From assembly GCA_049967475.1 (NCBI GenBank), contig JBMFSQ010000008.1, positions 1-64,000 on the forward strand: a DNA stretch of 64,000 nucleotides. The letters are read 5' to 3'. Both the position numbers and the translations under genes were made by a program. Source of the stretch: Chthonomonadales bacterium. Lineage in GTDB: Bacteria; Armatimonadota; Chthonomonadetes; Chthonomonadales; CAJBBX01. Under the pieces are notes generated by a model, which saw only the letters and a list, made by a program, of their open reading frames with translations, searched no databases and was not told where the DNA came from. Numbering within the stretch: position 1 is the stretch's first letter; each line of letters starts with the position of its first letter. This document shows positions 52,345-60,918 of the stretch, in pieces.

Positions 52345-52450
52345 CTTATCGAGAGTGGCTGAGGGACCGGCCCGATGACGCCACAACAACCACCCCGACC
52401 GCCGACGGGGCAGGTGCTAAATCCGGGCAGTGTTACCACTGCAAGATAAG
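52345..52450 (+). ncRNA. SAM-I (S-box) riboswitch
   Basis: P1 CTTATC...GATAAG, GAGAG, kink-turn/pseudoknot GAGGGACCGGCCCGATGA, CAACC...GGTGCTAAATCC, P4 GCAGTG/CACTGC; lies upstream of metK. Confidence 0.95.
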
Positions 52451-52478
52451 AGTGCGCAGGCGGCCGAAGCGCCGATAC

Positions 52479-52513
52479 AAGCCTCTTTCCTTGCGGGAAG
52501 AGGTTTTTTGTTT
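52479..52513 (+). terminator. Riboswitch-controlled intrinsic terminator
   Basis: AAGCCTCTTTCC-TTGC-GGGAAGAGGTTTTTTGTTT. The 5' arm CTCTT can alternatively pair with AAGAG at the end of the P1 3' strand (antiterminator). Confidence 0.85.
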
Positions 52514-52587
52514 CGTTCGTGCCTTCCCCGCGTCCGCCCTCAATTTCAGCTTCGGCAAACAGCGCAGCGACAAAAGGAGCTCCTCAA

Positions 52588-53736
52588 GTGATCAATCTCT
52601 TTACGTCCGAAAGTGTATCCGAGGGCCATCCCGATAAACTGGCCGACCAGATCAGCGACGCCCTCCTGGATGAATTGCTTGAACAAGACCGCAACGCTCA
52701 CGTTGCCCTGGAAACCTTGCTCACCCGCGGCCTTTGCGTAGTGGGCGGAGAGGTTACCACTACAGGATATGTAGAAGTACCCGACATCGTCCGCAAGACT
52801 ATCTGCGACGTAGGATACACCAGCACGGACTACGGCTTCGATGGAAGGACGTGCGGCGTGATGGTGGCGATCCAGCGCCAGTCCGAGGATATTGCCATGG
52901 GAGTGGATCGGGGCAATCCCGAGGATCAGGGCGCGGGGGATCAGGGCATGATGTTCGGATTTGCCTGCAACGAGACGGCAGAACTCATGCCGCTTCCTAT
53001 AACGATGGCTCACCGCCTTGTTCGCCAGTACACAGAAGTGCGCAAGGCACATCCTGAATTGGGCTTTCGGCCCGACGCAAAATCCCAAGTTACCATAGCC
53101 TATGCGGACGGCAAGCCGCGATATATAGACACAGTCGTCTTCTCTGCTCAGCATGACGAGACACTTACTCAGTGCGATGTAGAATCCCGCGTGCGCGAGC
53201 ACGTTATTCGACCCGTGCTGGCAGAGTTCTGCGAATTCGATAACGGCGAGATCAAATACCATATCAATCCCACGGGCCGCTTCGTAATCGGAGGTCCTCA
53301 AGCGGATACCGGCGTTACAGGGCGCAAAATCATCGTGGACACCTACGGAGGTTACGCCCGCCATGGCGGGGGGGCATTCTCGGGCAAGGATCCATCGAAG
53401 GTGGACCGGTCGGCTGCGTATTTTGCGCGGTATCTGGCCAAGAACATCGTTGCGGCCGGCCTGGCTGCCAAAGTGGAGATCCAGGTGGCTTACGCCATCG
53501 GTGTGGCGGAGCCGGTAGGGTTTTACGTTGAGACCTTCGGGACCAACACAATCCCCAACGAAGAGATCGTCAAGCGCCTTAGCGGAGTAATGGATCTGAG
53601 GCCCAGGGCCATCATCGAACACCTGGGGCTGCTGGACCGAAAGCGCGTGTCATACCTGCAGACGGCTAAGAATGGGCACTTCGGCCATCCGCAATTTACG
53701 TGGGAGCGCACCGATCTGGCGGAAAAGCTGAGGTAA
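52588..53736 (+). CDS. metK: S-adenosylmethionine synthase
   Basis: [61 protein letters not shown] upstream of GTG 52588. Confidence 0.98.
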   Translation: MINLFTSESVSEGHPDKLADQISDALLDELLEQDRNAHVALETLLTRGLCVVGGEVTTTGYVEVPDIVRKTICDVGYTSTDYGFDGRTCGVMVAIQRQSEDIAMGVDRGNPEDQGAGDQGMMFGFACNETAELMPLPITMAHRLVRQYTEVRKAHPELGFRPDAKSQVTIAYADGKPRYIDTVVFSAQHDETLTQCDVESRVREHVIRPVLAEFCEFDNGEIKYHINPTGRFVIGGPQADTGVTGRKIIVDTYGGYARHGGGAFSGKDPSKVDRSAAYFARYLAKNIVAAGLAAKVEIQVAYAIGVAEPVGFYVETFGTNTIPNEEIVKRLSGVMDLRPRAIIEHLGLLDRKRVSYLQTAKNGHFGHPQFTWERTDLAEKLR

Positions 53737-53825
53737 CAAACACCCGCCGTTCCTGCACTTGCCGAGAACCAAATCTAAGCGGAACGCCTGCGCGCCTCAG
53801 TCTACGCATGAGGGGGGATCATGCC

Positions 53826-54389
53826 GTGGTTGACGACACGGAGCCCAATGTGTGTGCCTTGGATCGAGCACGGGCGGCTCTGGCTGCCGGCGATGCTTTG
53901 GCTGCCGTGGCTCAATTGAGTGGGATTGTTGCGCTCAGCCCGGAGGATGCTGAGGCCTGGGAATGGCTCGGCGCCGCCCAGCTCAAGGCAGGGAACCTTG
54001 CTCAGGCGCGTGATGCCCTGGAACGAGCCACGATCTTGGAGCCTCAACGACCGCGGGCGCACCTCCAATTGGCGCGGGTGCTGAAGCTGAAGCAGGAGTA
54101 CGACTACGCAATCCAGGAGGTCCAAGCAGCGCTGCTGCTCGATCCGCACAACGTTGAGGCCAAGCAGCTCCAAGAGGATCTGGCACAGGATCTTCGCGCT
54201 CTAAGGGATCACACTACGGAGGGCTTTGCTGTGGTGAAGAGCGCTGCGAACCCTTTGGAACATCCTCCGGGTGTATGGGCTCAATTGCCATGCCCCATAT
54301 GCGGCTTCCACAACTTCATCACGGCGCGCACATGCGCCCGGTGTGGGAGCCTGTTGCCTGAAGGGGACGACATGCGTCCGGCCGAGTAG
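53826..54389 (+). CDS. TPR protein with a C-terminal zinc ribbon
   Basis: TPR-like repeats (SPEDAEAWEWLG, EPQRPRAHLQLA, DPHNVEA) and CPICGFHNFITARTCARCG. Start uncertain (53808 or 53826). Confidence 0.8.
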   Translation: MVDDTEPNVCALDRARAALAAGDALAAVAQLSGIVALSPEDAEAWEWLGAAQLKAGNLAQARDALERATILEPQRPRAHLQLARVLKLKQEYDYAIQEVQAALLLDPHNVEAKQLQEDLAQDLRALRDHTTEGFAVVKSAANPLEHPPGVWAQLPCPICGFHNFITARTCARCGSLLPEGDDMRPAE

Positions 54390-54413
54390 ATGGTTCGGCC
54401 GGGTGCCGATGCA

Positions 54414-56189
54414 TTATCGGTGCAGGTGGGCGGTGAGTTTCCCGGCGGTCACTTGGATCGCACCCTGCGCTCCGTCCCATACGACCTCGACCTCGGCTCG
54501 GCCGTCTGGGCCCGTTACCACTTGGGGAGGGTCGGCGGCTCCGGAATGGATTGCGATGGCGACCGGAACCGCTGCTGCACCATTGCCGTAGCGGTCCATA
54601 ACAGAGATATGCAGGATGGATCGGTCCGGGGGATTGTTGGGTGCCGGGCCCAGGGATGCGCGAAGCGATGCCGGTGGCCCTGCCGATATGGCGAACGGGA
54701 TCCTGGCCACAACTGCTCCGTTGCACCAGGCAACAGCCGTGCCGGTCCCGGCATGTTTGCCGGTAAGAACACCTCCTTGATCCACGAAGGCCGTGCCTTC
54801 CAGAGTGGACCAGATCACATTCCCCTTCAACGCGGCATCTCGTGCCGCAAGGGGAACGCTTTCTCCAGCCTGAAGGCGCACCAGAGGCTGGGTGGACGGC
54901 TCCGGTTGAGACGCTTCCTGCACCTTTGTGGGCGGGACGGGCGATTTGGCCCCTGGGTTGGCGTATACGAGGATCGCCTCAGCCACGGCGTTGGGTAGCC
55001 CATCGGACGGCGCATTCACGTATCCGCCCGCAAGCCACATCGAGGTGCTGCCTCCGCCATCCAGGTTGATGGCGTCTACAGCTCCAAGCCGCATCATGAT
55101 TTCCGCCAATTCGGTCAGCGTCACACCGCGGCTTTGGGGCTGACGACCGTCCACCGTAACCAATAGGATCTGCCCGTCGCTTTTCAACCCGATTGCGGAG
55201 CGGGGATGGCGGGCATCCACGAACGTCTTGGGGTTGAAGCCTTCGTCGGTGCCGTCCACGTCAATGCGTCCGTTGCGAACGAGCCAGGGACCGCCGCCCA
55301 CGGCCTGCACAACGTCGTTCCATACGGATTGCCGCGCTCGTGCTGCAGACGAGTTGGGGCGTTCGGGTACGATGGACCGCTCGAGGTTCCCGGCCGAGGA
55401 GTATTCCAAGTCGAACGTGACGGTAACGGAATCCCCTATATGCAGATGGGTCCGGAGCCATTCTGCCGCCGCTCCGGAAGCAGCCAGCACGGCACCTCCC
55501 GCCGGGATAGATGCGGAAGGATCCCCTGCGGTGCACGCACCGGCGATGCCTCGTACTTCTCGGCCGGGCGCAAGCGGCGTTGAAAGCGCGGACAGGGGGA
55601 TCATGACTGCTGTAGACGGCACGCGGCATCGTGCGCCGAACGTCGGCGTGAGGATGACCATCTCTTGATCTCCCAACGGCCGGTTGACACCCGATATCCG
55701 GAATTCCGCGCCGTCGGCTGCACGCACGGCACCGCGGCATTGCACGATGCCGAACACGCAGCGCCCTTCTGCCGTGATGCCCCACACCGCTCGGTTGGGC
55801 AAGCTGTCGCGAACCAATTCCCCGTTGCGGATGGCCAATCCCACCGGGTCGCCCGTGTAAGGAAAGAAATCCGCGTTGATTGCCGCCATTGCGCCGTGGC
55901 GGGTGGCCATGGAGCCCACGGTCTCCCTGCCTTGCGTGGGGTCGTCGGCCAGCAGAACGTCTTGACCGAAGGCCGTCTCCATGCGAACCCCCGGAGCCCT
56001 GGGGTTCACCGTCAGCGCGTTGATCACCAAGGGGCCCCGTGGCGGAGGAATGATCTGCTGGGTCAAATGGATGCCGGGGGCCACATCGGCATCGTACACC
56101 TTAGCATCGGAGGTTATCCCCGTGAAGGGGGAGTGGAGTGGTGGGGGTGCCAGGAGTGCGGCGGCGCACAGGAGTGTGAACATAGGCAC
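54414..56189 (-). CDS. Phosphodiester glycosidase (NAGPA) family exported protein with C-terminal Ig-like domains
   Basis: Signal peptide; AAINADFF, VGGGPWLV, RHPRSAIG, VTVDGRQ, AINLDGGGST; Ig-like tail (DRYGN, TGPDGRA). Confidence 0.9.
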   Translation of the reverse strand: MPMFTLLCAAALLAPPPLHSPFTGITSDAKVYDADVAPGIHLTQQIIPPPRGPLVINALTVNPRAPGVRMETAFGQDVLLADDPTQGRETVGSMATRHGAMAAINADFFPYTGDPVGLAIRNGELVRDSLPNRAVWGITAEGRCVFGIVQCRGAVRAADGAEFRISGVNRPLGDQEMVILTPTFGARCRVPSTAVMIPLSALSTPLAPGREVRGIAGACTAGDPSASIPAGGAVLAASGAAAEWLRTHLHIGDSVTVTFDLEYSSAGNLERSIVPERPNSSAARARQSVWNDVVQAVGGGPWLVRNGRIDVDGTDEGFNPKTFVDARHPRSAIGLKSDGQILLVTVDGRQPQSRGVTLTELAEIMMRLGAVDAINLDGGGSTSMWLAGGYVNAPSDGLPNAVAEAILVYANPGAKSPVPPTKVQEASQPEPSTQPLVRLQAGESVPLAARDAALKGNVIWSTLEGTAFVDQGGVLTGKHAGTGTAVAWCNGAVVARIPFAISAGPPASLRASLGPAPNNPPDRSILHISVMDRYGNGAAAVPVAIAIHSGAADPPQVVTGPDGRAEVEVVWDGAQGAIQVTAGKLTAHLHR

Positions 56190-56227
56190 GATAGAAGCAT
56201 TCCCTTTGAGAACGTGATACGGCGTGC

Positions 56228-56257
56228 ATTATAGCGGCATCAGATAGATGAGGTCAA
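56228..56257 (-). promoter_or_regulatory. Sigma-70 promoter for the NAGPA gene
   Basis: Minus strand TTGACC-N18-TATAAT. Confidence 0.65.
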
Positions 56258-56406
56258 TGAAGCCGGCCGATACACCCCGATGACCGCAGGCGCATTGATC
56301 CGGTTGCGAAGCAAAAATCGGGTACAATACGCCTCGACGGCAGCCCTGCAAATGGATGCGTGGATCTGCTTGTGACGCATTTCACGCAGCGCTTGGGAGC
56401 AAACAG

Positions 56407-56922
56407 ATGCTGGGTTCGTATGTACCGATCGTTGTTATGATGGTTCTGGCGGCGGTGATTGCCGGAGGAATGGTTGCTGCCTCTTTTCTGCTGGGACCAA
56501 AGCGGCCTACGCGGTTCAAACAGGCTGCGTACGAATGTGGGATGACCCCTGTAGGATCTGCCAGGGAGCGTTTCCCTGTGAAGTTCTATCTCGTGGCCAT
56601 GCTCTTCATCATCTTCGACATTGAGACGGTGTTCCTTTACCCCTGGGCTGTCGTCTTTCGCGGCACGGGGCGCGACTACGCCGACAAAGTGTTTCTTCTG
56701 GCGGAAATGGCCGTATTCGTGATCATCCTGTTCATCGGCTACTTCTACATACTGGGCAAGGGCGCTCTGGAATGGGATGAAGCTACGTCTGCGCTTCCGG
56801 TTCCGGAGAAGCGGCTGCTCGCTCCCCGCCCGCCGATCCGCTTCGGCAATGAGGGGGCGCCCGTGCGGTTGGACGGCGCGAAGGGGAACGTTCCGAAGCC
56901 TCAGGAAAGGACGGCTGCGTGA
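56407..56922 (+). CDS. nuoA: NADH-quinone oxidoreductase subunit A with a C-terminal extension
   Basis: YECG, RFPVKFYLVAMLFIIFDIETVFLYPW, KGALEW, followed by about 48 extra residues. Confidence 0.96.
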   Translation: MLGSYVPIVVMMVLAAVIAGGMVAASFLLGPKRPTRFKQAAYECGMTPVGSARERFPVKFYLVAMLFIIFDIETVFLYPWAVVFRGTGRDYADKVFLLAEMAVFVIILFIGYFYILGKGALEWDEATSALPVPEKRLLAPRPPIRFGNEGAPVRLDGAKGNVPKPQERTAA

Positions 56923-57572
56923 TGACAGTCGTGACGGATCACGCAGAACCGGGCGCCGCCGAGCGCATCGAGGTAACGCGCATCCGCGAGCGCTTTCCGG
57001 GAGCCGTCGTGGAGGTCAACACCTTTCGAGGGGACACGCGTATCACCGTGGTGCGCGAACTCATTGTTCCCATTCTGCAGCTCCTCCGCGACGACCCGGA
57101 TCTCCAGTTCAACTTCTTTTCCGAATGCCTTGGGGTAGACTATCTCGATCCCAAGACACGGCGCTATATTCTGGGCAAGCCTCACCGCTTCGAAGTTGTG
57201 TACAACCTATATTCACTGAAGGACGTGCGGACGGGGCGGGGACGCAACGCGCGCATCTTCATCAAAGTGGGTGTCCCGGAGGAGGACCCAGTAGTTCCCA
57301 CGGTTACCGGGGTCTATCCCGGCGCGAATTGGCCCGAGCGGGAAATCTGGGATATGTTCGGGATTCGTTTTGAGGGTCATCCGGATCTCCGCCGCATCCT
57401 GATGAGCGACGACTGGATCGGTCACCCCCAGCGCAAGGATTTCCCTTTGGGAGGGGAACGCGTGCAGTTTCCAGGCGGCAAGCGCGGACCCTCTGTTGGC
57501 GAAGGCATCGTGGCGCATCCGGGAGAGAGCTTTTTCGGCAAGACCGCCAGCGAATTCGGCGAAAGAGACTGA
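56919..57572 (+). CDS. nuoC: NADH-quinone oxidoreductase subunit C
   Basis: GVDY, RFEVVYNLYS, ANWPEREIWDMFGIRFEGHPDLRRIL, GHPQRKDFPL. Overlaps the nuoA stop codon. Confidence 0.96.
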   Translation: MMTVVTDHAEPGAAERIEVTRIRERFPGAVVEVNTFRGDTRITVVRELIVPILQLLRDDPDLQFNFFSECLGVDYLDPKTRRYILGKPHRFEVVYNLYSLKDVRTGRGRNARIFIKVGVPEEDPVVPTVTGVYPGANWPEREIWDMFGIRFEGHPDLRRILMSDDWIGHPQRKDFPLGGERVQFPGGKRGPSVGEGIVAHPGESFFGKTASEFGERD

Positions 57573-57587
57573 TCGGCACAACGCAAC

Positions 57588-58823
57588 ATGGCACACGACC
57601 AGCAGATACGCACCACAGCTGCGATGCAGGCGCAAGGGATTTCGCTGGATCCCATTGATGCATCCACCATGGTCATCAACATGGGCCCGCAACATCCCTC
57701 CACCCACGGGGTTTTGCGCGTCGTGCTCGAGCTGGATGGCGAAACAATCGTCAATGCCACCCCTCACATGGGCTATGTGCACACGGGTATCGAGAAAGAG
57801 GGGGAGTATCAAACATACCTGAAGGCCGTTACCATCACGGACCGGATGGATTACCTGGCCGCCCACTGCAACAACCTCGCGTATAGCCTCGCGGTAGAGA
57901 AGCTTTTCGGTGTGGAGCCGCCCCCGCGAGGCCAATACCTTCGCGTGCTGCTGGCGGAACTGCAGCGCATCGCGAGCCATCTGGTGTGGTTGGGTACGCA
58001 TGCTTTGGACATCGGAGCCATGACCGTCTTCTTCTACGCCTTCCGCGAGCGCGAGAAGATCATGGATCTCAACGAGATGATGTCCGGAGTGCGCATGATG
58101 CCTTCCTGGATCGTCCCGGGAGGACTTCGCGGTGATGCTCCCGAGGGCTTCTTTGAGGCGTGCAAAAGGTTTCTGGACGACTTTCCCCGCAGGGTTGACG
58201 AATACGAGACGCTGATAGACCAGAACCCCATTTGGCGAGAGCGCACGCAGGGCATCGGCATCATAACGGCTGAACGCTGCTATGCGTTGGGTGTGAGCGG
58301 ACCTACGCTGAGAGCATGCGGGGTTCCTCACGACATTCGTAAGGCCGTACCCTACACCAGCTATGACCAATTCGATTTTGAAGTGCCGGTCGGTGAGTTT
58401 GGCGACGTATATGACCGGTATCGGGTGCGCATGGCTGAGATGCGCCAGAGCCGTGAGATCGCCCGGCAGGCCATCGAGCGAATGCCCGACGGGCCCATCA
58501 ACGTAGCCGACCGCAAGATCGTGCCTCCTCCACGCGAAGAGTTGGACAGCTCCATGGAATCCCTGATCCACCACTTCCTCCTGTGGACCGAGGGGATGCG
58601 CCCGCCCGTAGGAGAAGCCTATGTTCCTACGGAGTCTCCAAAGGGCGAGCTTGGCTTTTACCTGGTGTCCAATGGTTCGGCGTATCCGTGGCGGATGCAC
58701 GAGCGGCCACCTTCGTTCATGAACCTGCAGGCTCTCGCCGATTTGTGCGTCGGGCGCCTGATCGCAGATGTAGTAGCCATAATCGGCAGCATTGACATCG
58801 TATTGGGAGAGATAGACCGCTGA
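57588..58823 (+). CDS. nuoD: NADH-quinone oxidoreductase subunit D
   Basis: NMGPQHPSTHGVLR, DRMDY, ESPKGELG, DIVLGEIDR. Confidence 0.98.
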   Translation: MAHDQQIRTTAAMQAQGISLDPIDASTMVINMGPQHPSTHGVLRVVLELDGETIVNATPHMGYVHTGIEKEGEYQTYLKAVTITDRMDYLAAHCNNLAYSLAVEKLFGVEPPPRGQYLRVLLAELQRIASHLVWLGTHALDIGAMTVFFYAFREREKIMDLNEMMSGVRMMPSWIVPGGLRGDAPEGFFEACKRFLDDFPRRVDEYETLIDQNPIWRERTQGIGIITAERCYALGVSGPTLRACGVPHDIRKAVPYTSYDQFDFEVPVGEFGDVYDRYRVRMAEMRQSREIARQAIERMPDGPINVADRKIVPPPREELDSSMESLIHHFLLWTEGMRPPVGEAYVPTESPKGELGFYLVSNGSAYPWRMHERPPSFMNLQALADLCVGRLIADVVAIIGSIDIVLGEIDR

Positions 58824-58877
58824 TGCCGGGAGCCCTCCGGCTCCTGAAATATGCGGCAATTGGGGGCATTGGTACAA

Positions 58878-59528
58878 ATGGCAGGAACGGGACCGCGATT
58901 GCCCATCGTTGGGGGTGTGGCCGAACCTCAACCGGCGCCGCCGAAAGAATATCGCTTCTCGGAACAGGCGATCGGCGAACTCAACGAGATCATGAGCCAC
59001 TATCCCGAGAAGAAAGCGGCCATGCTTCCGGCGCTCTGGATCGCCCAGCGCGAGTACGGGGGAGTATTGACGCCCCAGGCGCTGCAAGAGGTTGCGGATC
59101 GCCTTGGACGCTCCTACGCCGAAGTGGAGGGCGTAGCGACCTTCTATTCCATGTACAACTTCCAGCGCCGGGGCCGCCACCACCTGGAGGTCTGCACGTG
59201 CCTCACATGCGGCGCAACCAACGCCTATGCAGTAGTGCACAAGCTGGAGGAGCGATTAGGCATCCGGCTGGGTGAGGTGACCCCCGATGGCGAGTTCAGC
59301 CTGGCCGAGGTAGAGTGCCTGGACTGGTGTGAGGCCGCCACGGTAGTGCAGGTGGGGGACCGTTATTACGGGAACGTGTCGCCGGATAACGTGGATGCGC
59401 TTTTGGAGGAGCTGAAGCGCGACGAAGATCGCACGCCTCAGGCACAGGCCGACACCATCGTGAGGATGCACTTACGCGGGCGCAGCGCCACACCCGACGA
59501 GCCTGATAAGCATGGAGGCACAGAGTAA
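58878..59528 (+). CDS. nuoE: NADH-quinone oxidoreductase subunit E
   Basis: AAMLPAL..AQ, VATFYSMY, CTCLTC and ECLDWC [2Fe-2S] ligands. Confidence 0.93.
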   Translation: MAGTGPRLPIVGGVAEPQPAPPKEYRFSEQAIGELNEIMSHYPEKKAAMLPALWIAQREYGGVLTPQALQEVADRLGRSYAEVEGVATFYSMYNFQRRGRHHLEVCTCLTCGATNAYAVVHKLEERLGIRLGEVTPDGEFSLAEVECLDWCEAATVVQVGDRYYGNVSPDNVDALLEELKRDEDRTPQAQADTIVRMHLRGRSATPDEPDKHGGTE

Positions 59529-59534
59529 CAGCCT

Positions 59535-60875
59535 ATGCCCGAACGATTGGTGCTGCTCAAAAACCGCAATGTTCCAGGCATCTCGGATATCGCCGTGTAT
59601 GAACAGCATGGCGGATATGAAGGATTGCGGAAGGCCGTTGGAATGGAACGCCAGGCCGTGATAGACGAAGTGAAAGCTTCCGGCTTGCGCGGCCGCGGAG
59701 GCGCCGGCTTCCCAACCTGGATCAAATGGAATGGTATCCCCAAAGACACTTCGCGCCCTCATTACGTGCTCTGCAATGCAGACGAAGGGGAGCCCGGTAC
59801 GTTCAAGGACCGCGAGCTCATGCTTCGGCTACCCCATATGGTGGTGGAGGGCATCATCATCGGGGCTTACGCAACGTTGAGCCGCCAGGGCTACATCTAT
59901 ATCCGAGGCGAATTCACCGAGCCTGCCCAATCTATACGCCGGGCCATTGACCAAGCTTATGCCCGCGGATACCTGGGCCGTAAGATCTTGGGAGTTGAGG
60001 ACTTCGATTTCGATTTGGACATCCACATGGGTGCCGGCAGCTATGAATGCGGTGAAGAGACGGCCCTCATGAGCAGCCTAATGGGGGAGCGTGGCCAGCC
60101 TCGCCTCAAGATGCCCCATGCACCTCTGCCGGTAATCGAAGGAGTGTGGCGGAGCCCCACGCTCATCAACAATGTGGAGACCTACGCCACGGTGCCGCAC
60201 ATCATCGTCCATGGTGGCGCATGGTACGCCTCCATGGGTACGGAACGAAGCAAAGGGACGAAGGTAATGTCTGTGAGCGGCCATGTGAAGCGGCCCGGCA
60301 ATTACGAAATCGAGATGGGGACGCCGCTCATGGAACTGGTTGAACTGGCCGGCGGAGTAACAGGCGGCAAACTCAAGGCAGTCATTCCCGGGGGAAGCTC
60401 GGTGCCTATTCTGCCGGCAGAAAAGTGCGGCGCAGTAACCCTCGATTACGAAGGATGCCAAGCAGCCGGTACGATGCTCGGTTCGGGGGGCTTCATGGTC
60501 TTTAACGAGCACACGGATATTGTGCTCCTCATGCGCCGGACCGCCGAATTTTACGCCCACGAGTCCTGCGGAAAGTGCACTCCGTGCCGTGAGGGTACCC
60601 GGTGGATGCTCAAGATCTTTGACCGCATCATTTCCGGTGGCGGCCGGCCCTCGGACATTGATCTGTTGACCGATATCTGTAATCAGATGGACGGCCGCTC
60701 TTTTTGCCCGCTCGGCGACGCAGCCGCATGGCCCATACGGGCGAGCATCAAGGAGTTCCGCAGCGAATACGAATATTGGATCCAGCACAAGGCGTCGCCT
60801 CTGGGGCCCGACTGCGTCCCTCCGGTACCCGAAAGGCTCAACCCGGTGCTTCCGAGACTGAGCCGTAATTGGTAA
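59535..60875 (+). CDS. nuoF: NADH-quinone oxidoreductase subunit F
   Basis: SGLRGRGGAGFP, NADEGEPGTFKDR, GAGSYECGEETAL, ESCGKCTPCREG, FCPLGD. Confidence 0.98.
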   Translation: MPERLVLLKNRNVPGISDIAVYEQHGGYEGLRKAVGMERQAVIDEVKASGLRGRGGAGFPTWIKWNGIPKDTSRPHYVLCNADEGEPGTFKDRELMLRLPHMVVEGIIIGAYATLSRQGYIYIRGEFTEPAQSIRRAIDQAYARGYLGRKILGVEDFDFDLDIHMGAGSYECGEETALMSSLMGERGQPRLKMPHAPLPVIEGVWRSPTLINNVETYATVPHIIVHGGAWYASMGTERSKGTKVMSVSGHVKRPGNYEIEMGTPLMELVELAGGVTGGKLKAVIPGGSSVPILPAEKCGAVTLDYEGCQAAGTMLGSGGFMVFNEHTDIVLLMRRTAEFYAHESCGKCTPCREGTRWMLKIFDRIISGGGRPSDIDLLTDICNQMDGRSFCPLGDAAAWPIRASIKEFRSEYEYWIQHKASPLGPDCVPPVPERLNPVLPRLSRNW

Positions 60876-60918
60876 CAAATGTTCTTTCCCCAAATCGCAT
60901 GCCGGTGAATTGCAAACG

